A DNA stretch of 64,000 bases from Thermodesulfobacteriota bacterium (GCA_036337225.1 JAYZEP010000008.1:1001-65000), one strand, 5' to 3'; shown: positions 53,842 through 63,122, numbered from the stretch's first letter. Numbers and translations are program-made. The notes: a model not told the origin generated them from the letters alone.

Positions 53842-54846
53842 TTAGACTTTTAATTTGTTGATATACGAATTAGTGCAAAGGCAGAGTTTCCCTATGGATT
53901 TCCTGTTTTTAATCTTCAAGAGAGCTTCTTTGAATTTATCAATTGGAAATAATTCTGGCTTCACAATCTTAATTAAGTTTTTATCATATAAGCTATTTAT
54001 TTCTTTAATACATTCAAGGTTAAAATCATCATTGCCTTTTGCAAATGGTCCCCAAAAAACTCCGACCAAAGAGCAACCCTTCAATAAAATTCTATTCAAG
54101 GGCGGGGCCGGAATATCGCCAGAGGCAAACCCCATAATGAGAACTGTACCTTGCCATTTAATAAAGCTTAAAGAATCAACAGTGCTCTGCCCGCCAATTG
54201 GATCATAGATAATATCAAATTTCCCTGCTACATTATTTTTCAAGCAACTTTTAAGATTATTGTCTTTATTCAAAATTAGTTTATCCGCTCCATATTTTTT
54301 ACACGCAAGAAGTTTTTCTTCTGATGAAGCAACCGCTGTAACTCGACAACCATATGCTTTAGAAATTTCTATCGCAGCCAAGCCAATTCCTCCGGATGCT
54401 CCTAGAACCAGAATATCTTGATTAGCCTGTATCTTTGCCCTCTCGACCAGTGCATGATAAGAAGTTCCATAATTCACAGTCATGGATGCTGCCACATCAA
54501 AGGGCATTTCTTTTGATTTTATTTCAACAAATTTAGAGTTAACTTTAACGAATTCTGAGAATCCTCCCCAATTGGTAAGGGCTACAACTTCATCTCCTAT
54601 TTGAAAATTGTTTACTTTTTCTCCTATTTCTATTACAACCCCAGATACTTCAACACCTGGAACAAAGGGGGTCGGTGGATTATCTTGATACTTTCCCTCG
54701 ACAACTAAAATATCAGCAAAACTTATACCGGAACAATATACCTCGATTACAACATCATTATCATTAGTTTTGGATAGACTAAGCTCTCCAAGACTTAAAT
54801 TGTCCAGGGAGCCAAATTGGTTCAGTAGGACTGCGTGATTCTTCAA
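53842..54846 (-). CDS. NADPH:quinone oxidoreductase (MDR family)
   Basis: G.YQ..P..PFVPG.E.SG, GASGGIG, YDPIGG, GFASG.IP, GVFWG. Confidence 0.9.
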   Translation of the reverse strand: MKNHAVLLNQFGSLDNLSLGELSLSKTNDNDVVIEVYCSGISFADILVVEGKYQDNPPTPFVPGVEVSGVVIEIGEKVNNFQIGDEVVALTNWGGFSEFVKVNSKFVEIKSKEMPFDVAASMTVNYGTSYHALVERAKIQANQDILVLGASGGIGLAAIEISKAYGCRVTAVASSEEKLLACKKYGADKLILNKDNNLKSCLKNNVAGKFDIIYDPIGGQSTVDSLSFIKWQGTVLIMGFASGDIPAPPLNRILLKGCSLVGVFWGPFAKGNDDFNLECIKEINSLYDKNLIKIVKPELFPIDKFKEALLKIKNRKSIGKLCLCTNSYINKLKV

Positions 54847-56204
54847 GACTCCGATAATTGCTTTGATAAAATCGTTTTTACCAATTGAATTCCCTCCTCT
54901 TTAGAATAGAAGTTGCCCTCTAGCTGTTCATCAAATATTTCTGAAAGGATAACTTTAAATTTTGGCCCAGGGGTCAACCCTAATGAAATTAAATCATCTC
55001 CTGTGATTATTGGTTCGGGTGCAATAGGTTCATTTTGCAATTCCTTCATTCTCTCTAGTGTATAGTCGTACAATGACAAATCTCCGTGACTACCCAAACA
55101 GTCTGCTTTGTGCAATGTTAAATGATCCTCAAAATTTTCAATTGAGATAAATTTTTTAAAAGTGCTTTTCTTCATTTGCTTTACATTGCCGAATTTCATA
55201 TGTTCTTTCACTAAAGATTTTATATGAGTAGTCTGCTTATTGGAGAATTTTAGTCTTTTACAAATTCTTTCAGTTATTGTAGCTCCAACGTATTCATGTC
55301 TATTAAATCTGACTCTATCTGTCTCAGTAAACGTATCGGGCTTACCTATATCGTGAAATAGCGCCCCGTAAATAAGTTCTGTATTCTTTTTCTTATCATC
55401 ATCTAACATATCTAAAACCAAACATGTATGGCGAAACACGTCTCCCTCTGGATGAAACTCTATAGGTTGGCTTACACCCTTTAAAGATTCAATCTCGGGG
55501 ATTATATGTTTAAGCAATCCGGACTTGCTTAATTGGACTATGCCTTTTCCAGGATTTTCGCCTTCAATTATCTTTGTGATTTCGTCTCTAATTCTTTCCA
55601 CACTAATACTGGAAATATTCGAAGCATGCTTGTAGAGGGCCTTCTCAGTTTTATCTTCAATTTGAAAGTTGAGCTTATTTGAAAACCGAACCGCTCTTAA
55701 CATTCTCAAGTAATCTTCAGAGAATCTCTCTTCTGGTACACCTATTGCACGAATTGTTTTAGATTGAATATCTTCAATCCCTCCACAGTAATCAAAAATC
55801 TCCGCTGTATCAGGATCCAGCATGAGACCATTAATAGTAAAGTCTCGTCTTTTTACATCTTCCTTTTGGCTCTTTGTATAAATTACGTTTATAGGATGTC
55901 TGCCATCTTCATATTTCATATCTTTTCTAAACGTAGCAACTTCGAAAGAAAAATTACTGACGATTACTAGTACCACACCAAAACTTTGGCCTACGGGTTT
56001 TGTGTGTTCAAAAACACTTTGGATTTCATCTGGTGTTGCAGAGGTTGCAATATCAAATTCTTCGGGGGATTTCTTCAAGTAAAGATCTCTGACAGCGCCA
56101 CCGACTATAAACGCAGCATGGCCGTTTGACTTTAATTCGTTGACTATCGTCTTTACAGTCTGAAATTTTTTACTATTTTTAATTGAATACGTTAATTGAA
56201 TCAT
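54843..56204 (-). CDS. cca: CCA tRNA nucleotidyltransferase with HD domain
   Basis: VGGAVRD, ATFR.D..Y.DGRHP, ED..RRDFTIN, EDYLRMLRA.RF, HPEGDV..H, HDIGKP. Confidence 0.92.
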   Translation of the reverse strand: MIQLTYSIKNSKKFQTVKTIVNELKSNGHAAFIVGGAVRDLYLKKSPEEFDIATSATPDEIQSVFEHTKPVGQSFGVVLVIVSNFSFEVATFRKDMKYEDGRHPINVIYTKSQKEDVKRRDFTINGLMLDPDTAEIFDYCGGIEDIQSKTIRAIGVPEERFSEDYLRMLRAVRFSNKLNFQIEDKTEKALYKHASNISSISVERIRDEITKIIEGENPGKGIVQLSKSGLLKHIIPEIESLKGVSQPIEFHPEGDVFRHTCLVLDMLDDDKKKNTELIYGALFHDIGKPDTFTETDRVRFNRHEYVGATITERICKRLKFSNKQTTHIKSLVKEHMKFGNVKQMKKSTFKKFISIENFEDHLTLHKADCLGSHGDLSLYDYTLERMKELQNEPIAPEPIITGDDLISLGLTPGPKFKVILSEIFDEQLEGNFYSKEEGIQLVKTILSKQLSES

Positions 56205-56270
56205 TGTATTATATTATTTCTAGGAAACATTAATGTATATTATAGACAAAATCTAATTTAAATAAATGAA

Positions 56271-57218
56271 ATGATAAATATAGAAGAAATAAAGAAGCCT
56301 CTACGGGAAAACGGGTCAAGACTGATATACCAGATTCTAGACGGATTAAATTGGAAACAGTTAACTTTTAAAGATATTGATTCCAATATTGACTACATCA
56401 CTTCCTATCTAATAGCCAATAAAATTGAGAATAAGAAAGTTTTAAGCTTGTCCATGAACTGCTTAACATCATTCATCCTTGAATCATCTCTTCTCTCTCT
56501 TGGGTCCAGTATAAGTTTTCTTGATGAGAGAATACTCCAATCATTAGACGGTAACCATGAATTTGATCTTATTATTGTTAATGACATAGATAAGCTATCA
56601 AGCAATCCTATTCTTAGACAATTTTTGGATAAAGGGAATGAGATAATATCAATTACTAATTTTCAAAATACATCGAGATATAAACAGAACGTTAAATCAA
56701 TACGACACATATACAAACTAGGATTACTATCAAAGAAGAAACTTGATGGTTACTTGGAGGAGCGTTTAAAAAATATTAGGACAAGTGAGTCTATTGAGTT
56801 TCTAAATCTTAGAGGCTCCATTCAAGTAGACATAGAAGATTTAGTAACAATTATTGAGAAATATAAAGATATTTTTTATGATATGAATCAGAATGAATTC
56901 TCATCTTCATTATATTTAAAACCAGATCCTTTTTCCAAAGTTGTAAATTATTTATTCCTTTTAGCATCCAAAAAGTTTACAAATAACAATTCACTAGCTG
57001 AGTTTATGGATAATGCAAATGAAATAATGCCAAGAAGTTTAGTAATCGACTCGGAAAGTATAGATTATTTGATTGAAGTTAGTATCAACAGCAACATCAA
57101 ACTTAAAGATATATTCGGCTCAAAAGTAAAAAGAATAATTTCATCCAACTATACTAACGAACCCAACATAAAGCTGATTAGAGATAGCGAAATAGAGATT
57201 GTAGACGTAGTCGTATAA
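56271..57218 (+). CDS. Hypothetical protein; weak resemblance to N-terminal part of AMP-forming long-chain acyl-CoA synthetases
   Basis: 315-aa ORF; WKQLTF.DI...I..I.SYL..KVLSLS.N and DIFGSKVKRIIS echo ACSL motifs; no ATP P-loop. Confidence 0.45.
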   Translation: MINIEEIKKPLRENGSRLIYQILDGLNWKQLTFKDIDSNIDYITSYLIANKIENKKVLSLSMNCLTSFILESSLLSLGSSISFLDERILQSLDGNHEFDLIIVNDIDKLSSNPILRQFLDKGNEIISITNFQNTSRYKQNVKSIRHIYKLGLLSKKKLDGYLEERLKNIRTSESIEFLNLRGSIQVDIEDLVTIIEKYKDIFYDMNQNEFSSSLYLKPDPFSKVVNYLFLLASKKFTNNNSLAEFMDNANEIMPRSLVIDSESIDYLIEVSINSNIKLKDIFGSKVKRIISSNYTNEPNIKLIRDSEIEIVDVVV

Positions 57219-57887
57219 TTAGATTTTTGCAATCTGTTTTGCCATTGGGAAGATGCCACTTATCACTTTAGCAATAGCAACAGCGATATCCATATGTTCT
57301 TTTTGTGTTCCATGACCACTTCGAAGCTCAATATAATGAACCCAACTTCTTAGTGTTCCATTCATATACATCCTACTAACTGTATTGCCTTCAGGTAAAA
57401 CAGCTCTAGCCTGCTCTTTTGCAATACCGTTGCGGATAGCCCAGTTGTAAGTATCTTTTGCAAGCTCAATTAACTTTGACTGTTTTTCATTCCACTCCTT
57501 TAAGAGTGGTGCATCATCAGTTGGAATAGAGTTCTGTCTATTTTTCGTATCTTGTAATCTGGCCTCTCGTATTACAAATGATAAGTCTTTAGTTGGATCT
57601 GCATACCTCTGACTAAATTCCTGAAAACTAAAAGACCTATGTCTGAGAATCTGTCTTGCAATATCTCGTGTTGTCTCAATTTCAATACATGCACTCACCA
57701 TCTCCAATGGTGACCAATGTTTGTTTGCAATCAAATAATTGATTAGTTTTTCACTCGTCTCATTGTTAATTTGATTTGATGGATTAGAAACTCTTGCACA
57801 AAAGGCTATTAGCTCTTGAACGTTAGAAATCCCTTCATCATGAAACTCATTAGTTGGTGTAGAATAGCTTACTAGTCGTATCTTCAT
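57219..57887 (-). CDS. thyX: FAD-dependent thymidylate synthase
   Basis: ARVS, HWSPLEM, QILRHRSFSFQEFSQRY, E.AR.VLP, GTLRSW.HY..LR..H.TQ.EH. Confidence 0.96.
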   Translation of the reverse strand: MKIRLVSYSTPTNEFHDEGISNVQELIAFCARVSNPSNQINNETSEKLINYLIANKHWSPLEMVSACIEIETTRDIARQILRHRSFSFQEFSQRYADPTKDLSFVIREARLQDTKNRQNSIPTDDAPLLKEWNEKQSKLIELAKDTYNWAIRNGIAKEQARAVLPEGNTVSRMYMNGTLRSWVHYIELRSGHGTQKEHMDIAVAIAKVISGIFPMAKQIAKI

Positions 57888-57891
57888 TTTT

Positions 57892-58632
57892 TCAAATAAT
57901 TCTGTTACTTAAGGATTCTATCATTATATCTAAAAAATTATCTATGGAATAATTAATAAAATTTATATTGGTTGTATCAAAATCAATATTCTCATAGTTT
58001 ATATCTGACTCGCTGATAATACGTACTTCTTTGTCCCTTTTTAGAACTATTTCAATAAAAGAGTATGTTAGAGGTGTAATATAATCATCCACTAAGACAA
58101 TTAGGCTATCACAGGCATTAAGCATCATCCAAGAATCTCGTAAATCCCACTGAGCAATCTCTTGCCCCTTGAAGGGAATACTGGGCTTTACTATGTTTTT
58201 TTGACAGGCCATGCATGAAAAACGGCCTTGATTGTTAATGAATGACTCCGTGCTTATATCCATTCCACAATTTGAGCAATACATCCAACTGATATTACCC
58301 TCTAGGTCAATAACATTTTGAGGATCATTTAGTTTCAATATTCCATCTATATTAAGATTAATCACTCCCAGTATGTGGTGGGATTTTTTTATTTGTAGAA
58401 CTTTCTTGTACCTGTCGGAGATGGGAAAAGGGTAGTGGTCTTTTAAAATATGGGCAATACCAGCAAAATATTCATTTCTAGTTTGTTCATTATTTCTAAA
58501 ATCTTTAATTAATGGCCTATTTTCGTAACTTAAAAGTTTTTCAAACTTGCCTTCTTCATAAAAATTTTTTTCTATAATTAAAGCAGTTTGTTCAAAGCTC
58601 GATATATCCTCATTTAAAATACTTTTATTCAT
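57892..58632 (-). CDS. Degenerate Sir2/sirtuin-like protein
   Basis: VINLNIDG, NVIDLEG, CSNC/CMAC, VKPSIPFKGQ parallel sirtuin VITQNIDG, IELHG, Zn-Cys4, LRP.VV.FGE. Confidence 0.75.
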   Translation of the reverse strand: MNKSILNEDISSFEQTALIIEKNFYEEGKFEKLLSYENRPLIKDFRNNEQTRNEYFAGIAHILKDHYPFPISDRYKKVLQIKKSHHILGVINLNIDGILKLNDPQNVIDLEGNISWMYCSNCGMDISTESFINNQGRFSCMACQKNIVKPSIPFKGQEIAQWDLRDSWMMLNACDSLIVLVDDYITPLTYSFIEIVLKRDKEVRIISESDINYENIDFDTTNINFINYSIDNFLDIMIESLSNRII

Positions 58633-58673
58633 TTATCCTAATTCTATCATGGAACTAGTATGTTATGTGCAAA

Positions 58674-59318
58674 CTAGACTCCTCTGACATCACCCCATAT
58701 AAGTTTATGTAATTGTGGCAAAACTCTAATATTTAAATTATCTCTTAGAGCCAAATCTACGAGAAATGACATATTGGTACCATAAACTGGCTGAAAAACG
58801 ATTTTCGCCCTGAAACGCCTATGAGTAATGATTTCTTTAGCATATTCATAATCATTTCTATCACTAATAACAAACTTAATTTGATCTTTCTCTTGTAAAG
58901 ACTCGAGAATCGAAAAATCTGTTTTCTTTTCCATTTTAGACCCAGGACATTTGCAATCCATACTAATTAATACATTAGGCTTGTAGAATATTTGATCAGG
59001 TTGTATATGACCCGAAGTTTCGAGTAGTATGTTGTATTTTTTTTGTATTAAGATGTCAACCAAGGCAACTAAGGCATCTTGCTGAAGAAGAGGCTCTCCG
59101 CCGGTTATACAGATATTTTTACAATTATGTGATTCCGTTTCTCGCATTATATCTTCTAGTGCGATATTTTTATAGTCACCACCCTCAACTGCATACATAG
59201 AATCACACCAAGTACATCTTAAATCACAACCAAAAAGTCTAAGAAAGATTGTAGGAGCTCCAATTTGAACTCCCTCGCCTTGGATAGATTGAAAAATTTC
59301 ATTAACTCTTAGTTTCAT
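58674..59318 (-). CDS. queE: 7-carboxy-7-deazaguanine synthase (radical SAM)
   Basis: EIFQSIQGEG, CDLRCTWCD, ITGGEPL, ETSG, QLHK.IW. Confidence 0.94.
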   Translation of the reverse strand: MKLRVNEIFQSIQGEGVQIGAPTIFLRLFGCDLRCTWCDSMYAVEGGDYKNIALEDIMRETESHNCKNICITGGEPLLQQDALVALVDILIQKKYNILLETSGHIQPDQIFYKPNVLISMDCKCPGSKMEKKTDFSILESLQEKDQIKFVISDRNDYEYAKEIITHRRFRAKIVFQPVYGTNMSFLVDLALRDNLNIRVLPQLHKLIWGDVRGV

Positions 59319-60033
59319 AATTTTTAGTCTTTGGTAATTCCATCAATTCCTCAGATACCGCCCTCAGAACTAGCGGGTCTGGTAGTCCGGCTTCTTCAAA
59401 ACCTTTTGATCGTAAAATATTTGCATGATCTTCGGATGATGGTGGATATCGTCCATCATAACTCGTATGTGTATATGCAAGAGACGACCAACAGGGATCT
59501 CCCAATTGATTTGCAAGTTTAATAATCTCAGATTTTCTTAAATTTATTACGGGAGTTAAAATCTCAATCTTTTTTTCCAAGGAAAGTAAAATTGTTTCTG
59601 TCATGCTAGTTATAAAATCCTGTCTACAGTCTGGATATCCCCCAAAGTCTTCCTGGCAAACTCCCATGATAACTGTTGAAATATTTTTCGAATAAGCTCT
59701 ATTGGCAGCAATAGATAAAAAAAGTAGATTTCTGGCCGGAACAAACGTTTGCTGTATCCCAGTTGGAAAATCCTCGATGTTGCTGTGTTGCTCTAGGGTC
59801 TTATTTGGATTTGTCAAAGGAGAGTCACCATTAAATATAGACCCGATATCGACTATCTCGTGGTCTTTAATACCAGCAAGTTGGCTAATTTTAATTGCAG
59901 AATTAATTTCGATTTTATGAAGTTGATTGTAGTTATACGTTATCGTTGAGCAAGAATAACCTTTATTAATAGCCCAAAAAAGACAGGTAGTAGAGTCCTG
60001 TCCTCCGCTGAGAATGACCAATGCTTCTTTCAT
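59302..60033 (-). CDS. queC: 7-cyano-7-deazaguanine synthase (variant without Zn-Cys motif)
   Basis: LSGGQDSTT, TFVPARN, GYPDCR, TP...K.EI. Confidence 0.93.
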   Translation of the reverse strand: MKEALVILSGGQDSTTCLFWAINKGYSCSTITYNYNQLHKIEINSAIKISQLAGIKDHEIVDIGSIFNGDSPLTNPNKTLEQHSNIEDFPTGIQQTFVPARNLLFLSIAANRAYSKNISTVIMGVCQEDFGGYPDCRQDFITSMTETILLSLEKKIEILTPVINLRKSEIIKLANQLGDPCWSSLAYTHTSYDGRYPPSSEDHANILRSKGFEEAGLPDPLVLRAVSEELMELPKTKNYETKS

Positions 60034-60060
60034 AAACTTCCCAATTATTATTATAATATA

Positions 60061-60501
60061 ATGGAGTTGATTAGAAGAGTAGAAATTTCTGACTTAAATG
60101 TCATTGCTGATTTAGAAGAATTATTCTTCTTAGACTATTGGAAGAGGAATCAAGTGCAAGAACAGATTGATGATGGCAAGAGTGTCAATTTGTGTATTGA
60201 GAACGATTCGGTAATTTGTGGCTATATATTTGCCAAGTCGTATTTTGATTTTGTTGAAATATTAAGAATCGGGGTTTCTAAAGATTTTAGAGAGACTGGT
60301 ATGGCTTCAATGCTTATGGGCAAAATAGAATTTATATCTTTGAATATGAAAATTAAAAAAATCTTATTGGAAGTAAGAGAAGGTAATTTGGCAGCAATAA
60401 ACTTATACAAAAAGATGGATTATAAAATCGATGGCATAAGGAAGGGCTATTACAAAAAGTATAAAGAAGATGCAATCTTAATGAGTAAAAATCTAGGTTG
60501 A
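60061..60501 (+). CDS. rimI: RimI-like GNAT acetyltransferase
   Basis: EILRIGV..FR..G.A, LLEVR..N..A..LY, G.RKGYY..EDAILM. Confidence 0.88.
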   Translation: MELIRRVEISDLNVIADLEELFFLDYWKRNQVQEQIDDGKSVNLCIENDSVICGYIFAKSYFDFVEILRIGVSKDFRETGMASMLMGKIEFISLNMKIKKILLEVREGNLAAINLYKKMDYKIDGIRKGYYKKYKEDAILMSKNLG

Positions 60502-62118
60502 CCCTTGAAATCTACCATAAACATTTTCAAGACAAGAAATCATCTCACCAATAGTGCAATACTCGTTAACTGCTTCGACAATATAAGGCATTAAGTTCTC
60601 GTTTTCCCTAGCAGCATTTTCCAGATTAGCAAGATGGGCCTGGACCTTTTTAGAATTTCTTTTCTTCTTCAATCTACGTAATCTTTTTATTTGATTGGAT
60701 TCAAGATTTGGATCTATTTCTTGAATTGGAGGTGGCTCTTCGTTGGTTGCAACAAAATCATTTACCCCCACAACTATTCTTTCTTTTTTTTCTAGCTCAA
60801 TTTGAAAATTAAATGCTGATGTTTCGATTTCTTCTTGAATATAATTTTCTTCAATACACTTAATCATTCCGCCTTTGTTTTTAATAATTTTTAAATATTC
60901 ATAAACTTTTTTTTCTATTTCATCTGTTAAGTTTTCAACGAGATACGAACCAGCTAGTGGATCAATAGAATCAGCGACCTCGGTTTCATTTGCCAATATT
61001 TGCTGAGTTCGTAATGCCACCGTAGCCGAGGCTTCAGTGGGCAGACCTAATGCTTCATCAAAAGAATTAGTATGTAGCGATTGAGTTCCACCTAAGACAC
61101 CAGCCATGGCTTGCATGGTAGTTCTAACAATGTTATTTAATGGTTGCTGAGCTGTAAGGGTAACTCCGCCAGTTTGTGAATGGACTCTAAATTTACATGC
61201 ATTATCATCTTTGACATTAAAATCATTTCTTAGTATATTTGCCCATATTCGTCTTGCCGCTCTATATTTTGAAATTTCTTCAAAAAAATTGTTGTGAACG
61301 GCAAAGAAGAAAGAAACTCGTTTGCAAATCTGTTCAATGTCGAGACTTCGTGATTGAGCAACCTGAAGATACTCTATAGCATCCGCAATCATAAAAGCTA
61401 ATTCTTGTACAGCGGTGGAGCCAGCCTCTCTGATATGATATCCGCTGACACTTATGGGATTCCATTTTGGAACATTATCTTTACAATACTCCATAATATC
61501 AACAGCAATTTTTACCGAAGGCTGAGGTGGGAATGCATAAGTTCCCCTCGCAACAAATTCTTTAAGTAAATCATTTTGTACAGTGCCCATTATTTTATCA
61601 GAAGGAACACCTTGTTTTTTGGCTGCGATCATATACATTGCTAACAACATTGAAGCTGTTGCATTAATGGTCATTGAGGTTGAAACTTTGTCTAGTGGAA
61701 TATCCTTAAGAAGTATCTCCATATCCTCAAGTGAATCTATTGCAACCCCAACTTTGCCAACTTCACCTTGGCTAATTTGTGCGTCTGAATCGTATCCCAT
61801 TTGAGTTGGTAAATCAAAAGCAATACTTAAACCAGTTTGGCCTTTATCAAGTAAATATTTAAATCTCTTGTTGGTTTCTTCGGCTGATCCAAACCCCGCG
61901 TACTGCCTCATCGTCCATAACCTACCTCTATACATAGTAGGTTGAACGCCTCTAGTAAAAGGAAACTCACCTGGGAGGGAGTTTTTACTATCTAAATTTT
62001 CTGGGCAGTTGTCTTGAGTATAAAATCTATCGATTCCAATACCTGAAGTTGTTGAAAAAGTTTCCTTCCTCTCTTTGATTTTATCTTTATATTTTTTTTC
62101 CCAATCACTCTTTTTCAC
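60493..62118 (-). CDS. Methylmalonyl-CoA mutase, large (substrate-binding) subunit of split type
   Basis: PGEFPFTRG, MYRGRLWTMRQYAGF, AFDLPTQMGYDSD, SGYHIREAG, HTNSFDEAL; no B12-binding domain. Confidence 0.94.
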   Translation of the reverse strand: MKKSDWEKKYKDKIKERKETFSTTSGIGIDRFYTQDNCPENLDSKNSLPGEFPFTRGVQPTMYRGRLWTMRQYAGFGSAEETNKRFKYLLDKGQTGLSIAFDLPTQMGYDSDAQISQGEVGKVGVAIDSLEDMEILLKDIPLDKVSTSMTINATASMLLAMYMIAAKKQGVPSDKIMGTVQNDLLKEFVARGTYAFPPQPSVKIAVDIMEYCKDNVPKWNPISVSGYHIREAGSTAVQELAFMIADAIEYLQVAQSRSLDIEQICKRVSFFFAVHNNFFEEISKYRAARRIWANILRNDFNVKDDNACKFRVHSQTGGVTLTAQQPLNNIVRTTMQAMAGVLGGTQSLHTNSFDEALGLPTEASATVALRTQQILANETEVADSIDPLAGSYLVENLTDEIEKKVYEYLKIIKNKGGMIKCIEENYIQEEIETSAFNFQIELEKKERIVVGVNDFVATNEEPPPIQEIDPNLESNQIKRLRRLKKKRNSKKVQAHLANLENAARENENLMPYIVEAVNEYCTIGEMISCLENVYGRFQGST

Positions 62119-62120
62119 TA

Positions 62121-63122
62121 TTAAAACACCCTAGTTAAGTTTTGTTTCGCTAAATTAATCAATGAGTCCTTAAACTTGCTATCTCCCAAGGGCCCTATCG
62201 CTGATATAGCTTTCAAAGAATAATTATTCGCTATCTTGGTTGTTTCTTCAATTGCTTTGCTATTCATTACAAAATTATACAAAAAATCGAGATTCTTTTG
62301 GTTGATTTTTTTCTCAATAAGAATCTTTCTGGCTCTCTGTGATTGACGTCCTGGGCTTCGCTTTAAAGATATAAGAACAGGCAATGTAACCTTGCCTTCT
62401 TTGATGTCCTCCATGGCATTTTTCCCCATTTTTTTTGAATTACCTATAAAATCTAAAACATCATCTATCAATTGATAAGAAATTCCCAAATTAACTCCGT
62501 AGGTTTTTAATAATGAAATTTGTCTTCTTGTTCCATTCGCAAGCAAAGCTCCAATCTCAGATGAGGACGAAATTAGAGAAGCCGTTTTAAGATTAACCAT
62601 CTGAAAGTATATCTTCTCATTAAAATCAACTTCTCTTTTTGATATCATAATATCAAGTATTTGGCCGTTCGCCAATTCGGAAGCCGCGGTAGTAACTGAG
62701 CTCATAACGTTTGCATTGCCACATTGATTGATTAAAAAAAGAGCTTTGGCTAACAAGTAGTCCCCCGCTAAAACAGTTGCATGATCCCCCCAAATTTTAT
62801 TTGCTGGTTTTACTCCTCTTCGTAGACGTGCTTGGTCAACAATATCATCATGAATCAAGGATGCATTATGAAGTAATTCGACCGAAGCTGCGGCAGCAAT
62901 AATATCTTTGTAAATATGTACATACCTCGAAGTAATCTTAGGATTTATTGATAAAGCTGAGAGAAGAACTATGGATGGTCGAAATCTTTTACCGGGTTTC
63001 AAATTTAAGTGTTTGACGATATTTTCAGAAAGATTTATTTTGCTTGTAATCTGCTTTGTCAAAACCTTTTCCACAGAGGTAAGGTGTCCTTTGATGGGCT
63101 CTAAAATCAAGTCGGAATCCAT
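62121..63122 (-). CDS. Polyprenyl diphosphate synthase (IspB-like)
   Basis: GKRFRP, ASLIHDDIVD...RRG, LAGDYL, KTA, QLIDDVLD, GK...D..EGK.TLP. Confidence 0.93.
   Translation of the reverse strand: MDSDLILEPIKGHLTSVEKVLTKQITSKINLSENIVKHLNLKPGKRFRPSIVLLSALSINPKITSRYVHIYKDIIAAAASVELLHNASLIHDDIVDQARLRRGVKPANKIWGDHATVLAGDYLLAKALFLINQCGNANVMSSVTTAASELANGQILDIMISKREVDFNEKIYFQMVNLKTASLISSSSEIGALLANGTRRQISLLKTYGVNLGISYQLIDDVLDFIGNSKKMGKNAMEDIKEGKVTLPVLISLKRSPGRQSQRARKILIEKKINQKNLDFLYNFVMNSKAIEETTKIANNYSLKAISAIGPLGDSKFKDSLINLAKQNLTRVF

Noticed and set aside
57892-60033. Anti-phage or DNA-modification system (Qat, Dpd, Sir2-based defence)
   Set aside because: No qatA/B/D, dpdA, HerA, Argonaute or TIR partner; Sir2 catalytic residues are lost; queF in the window supports tRNA queuosine synthesis
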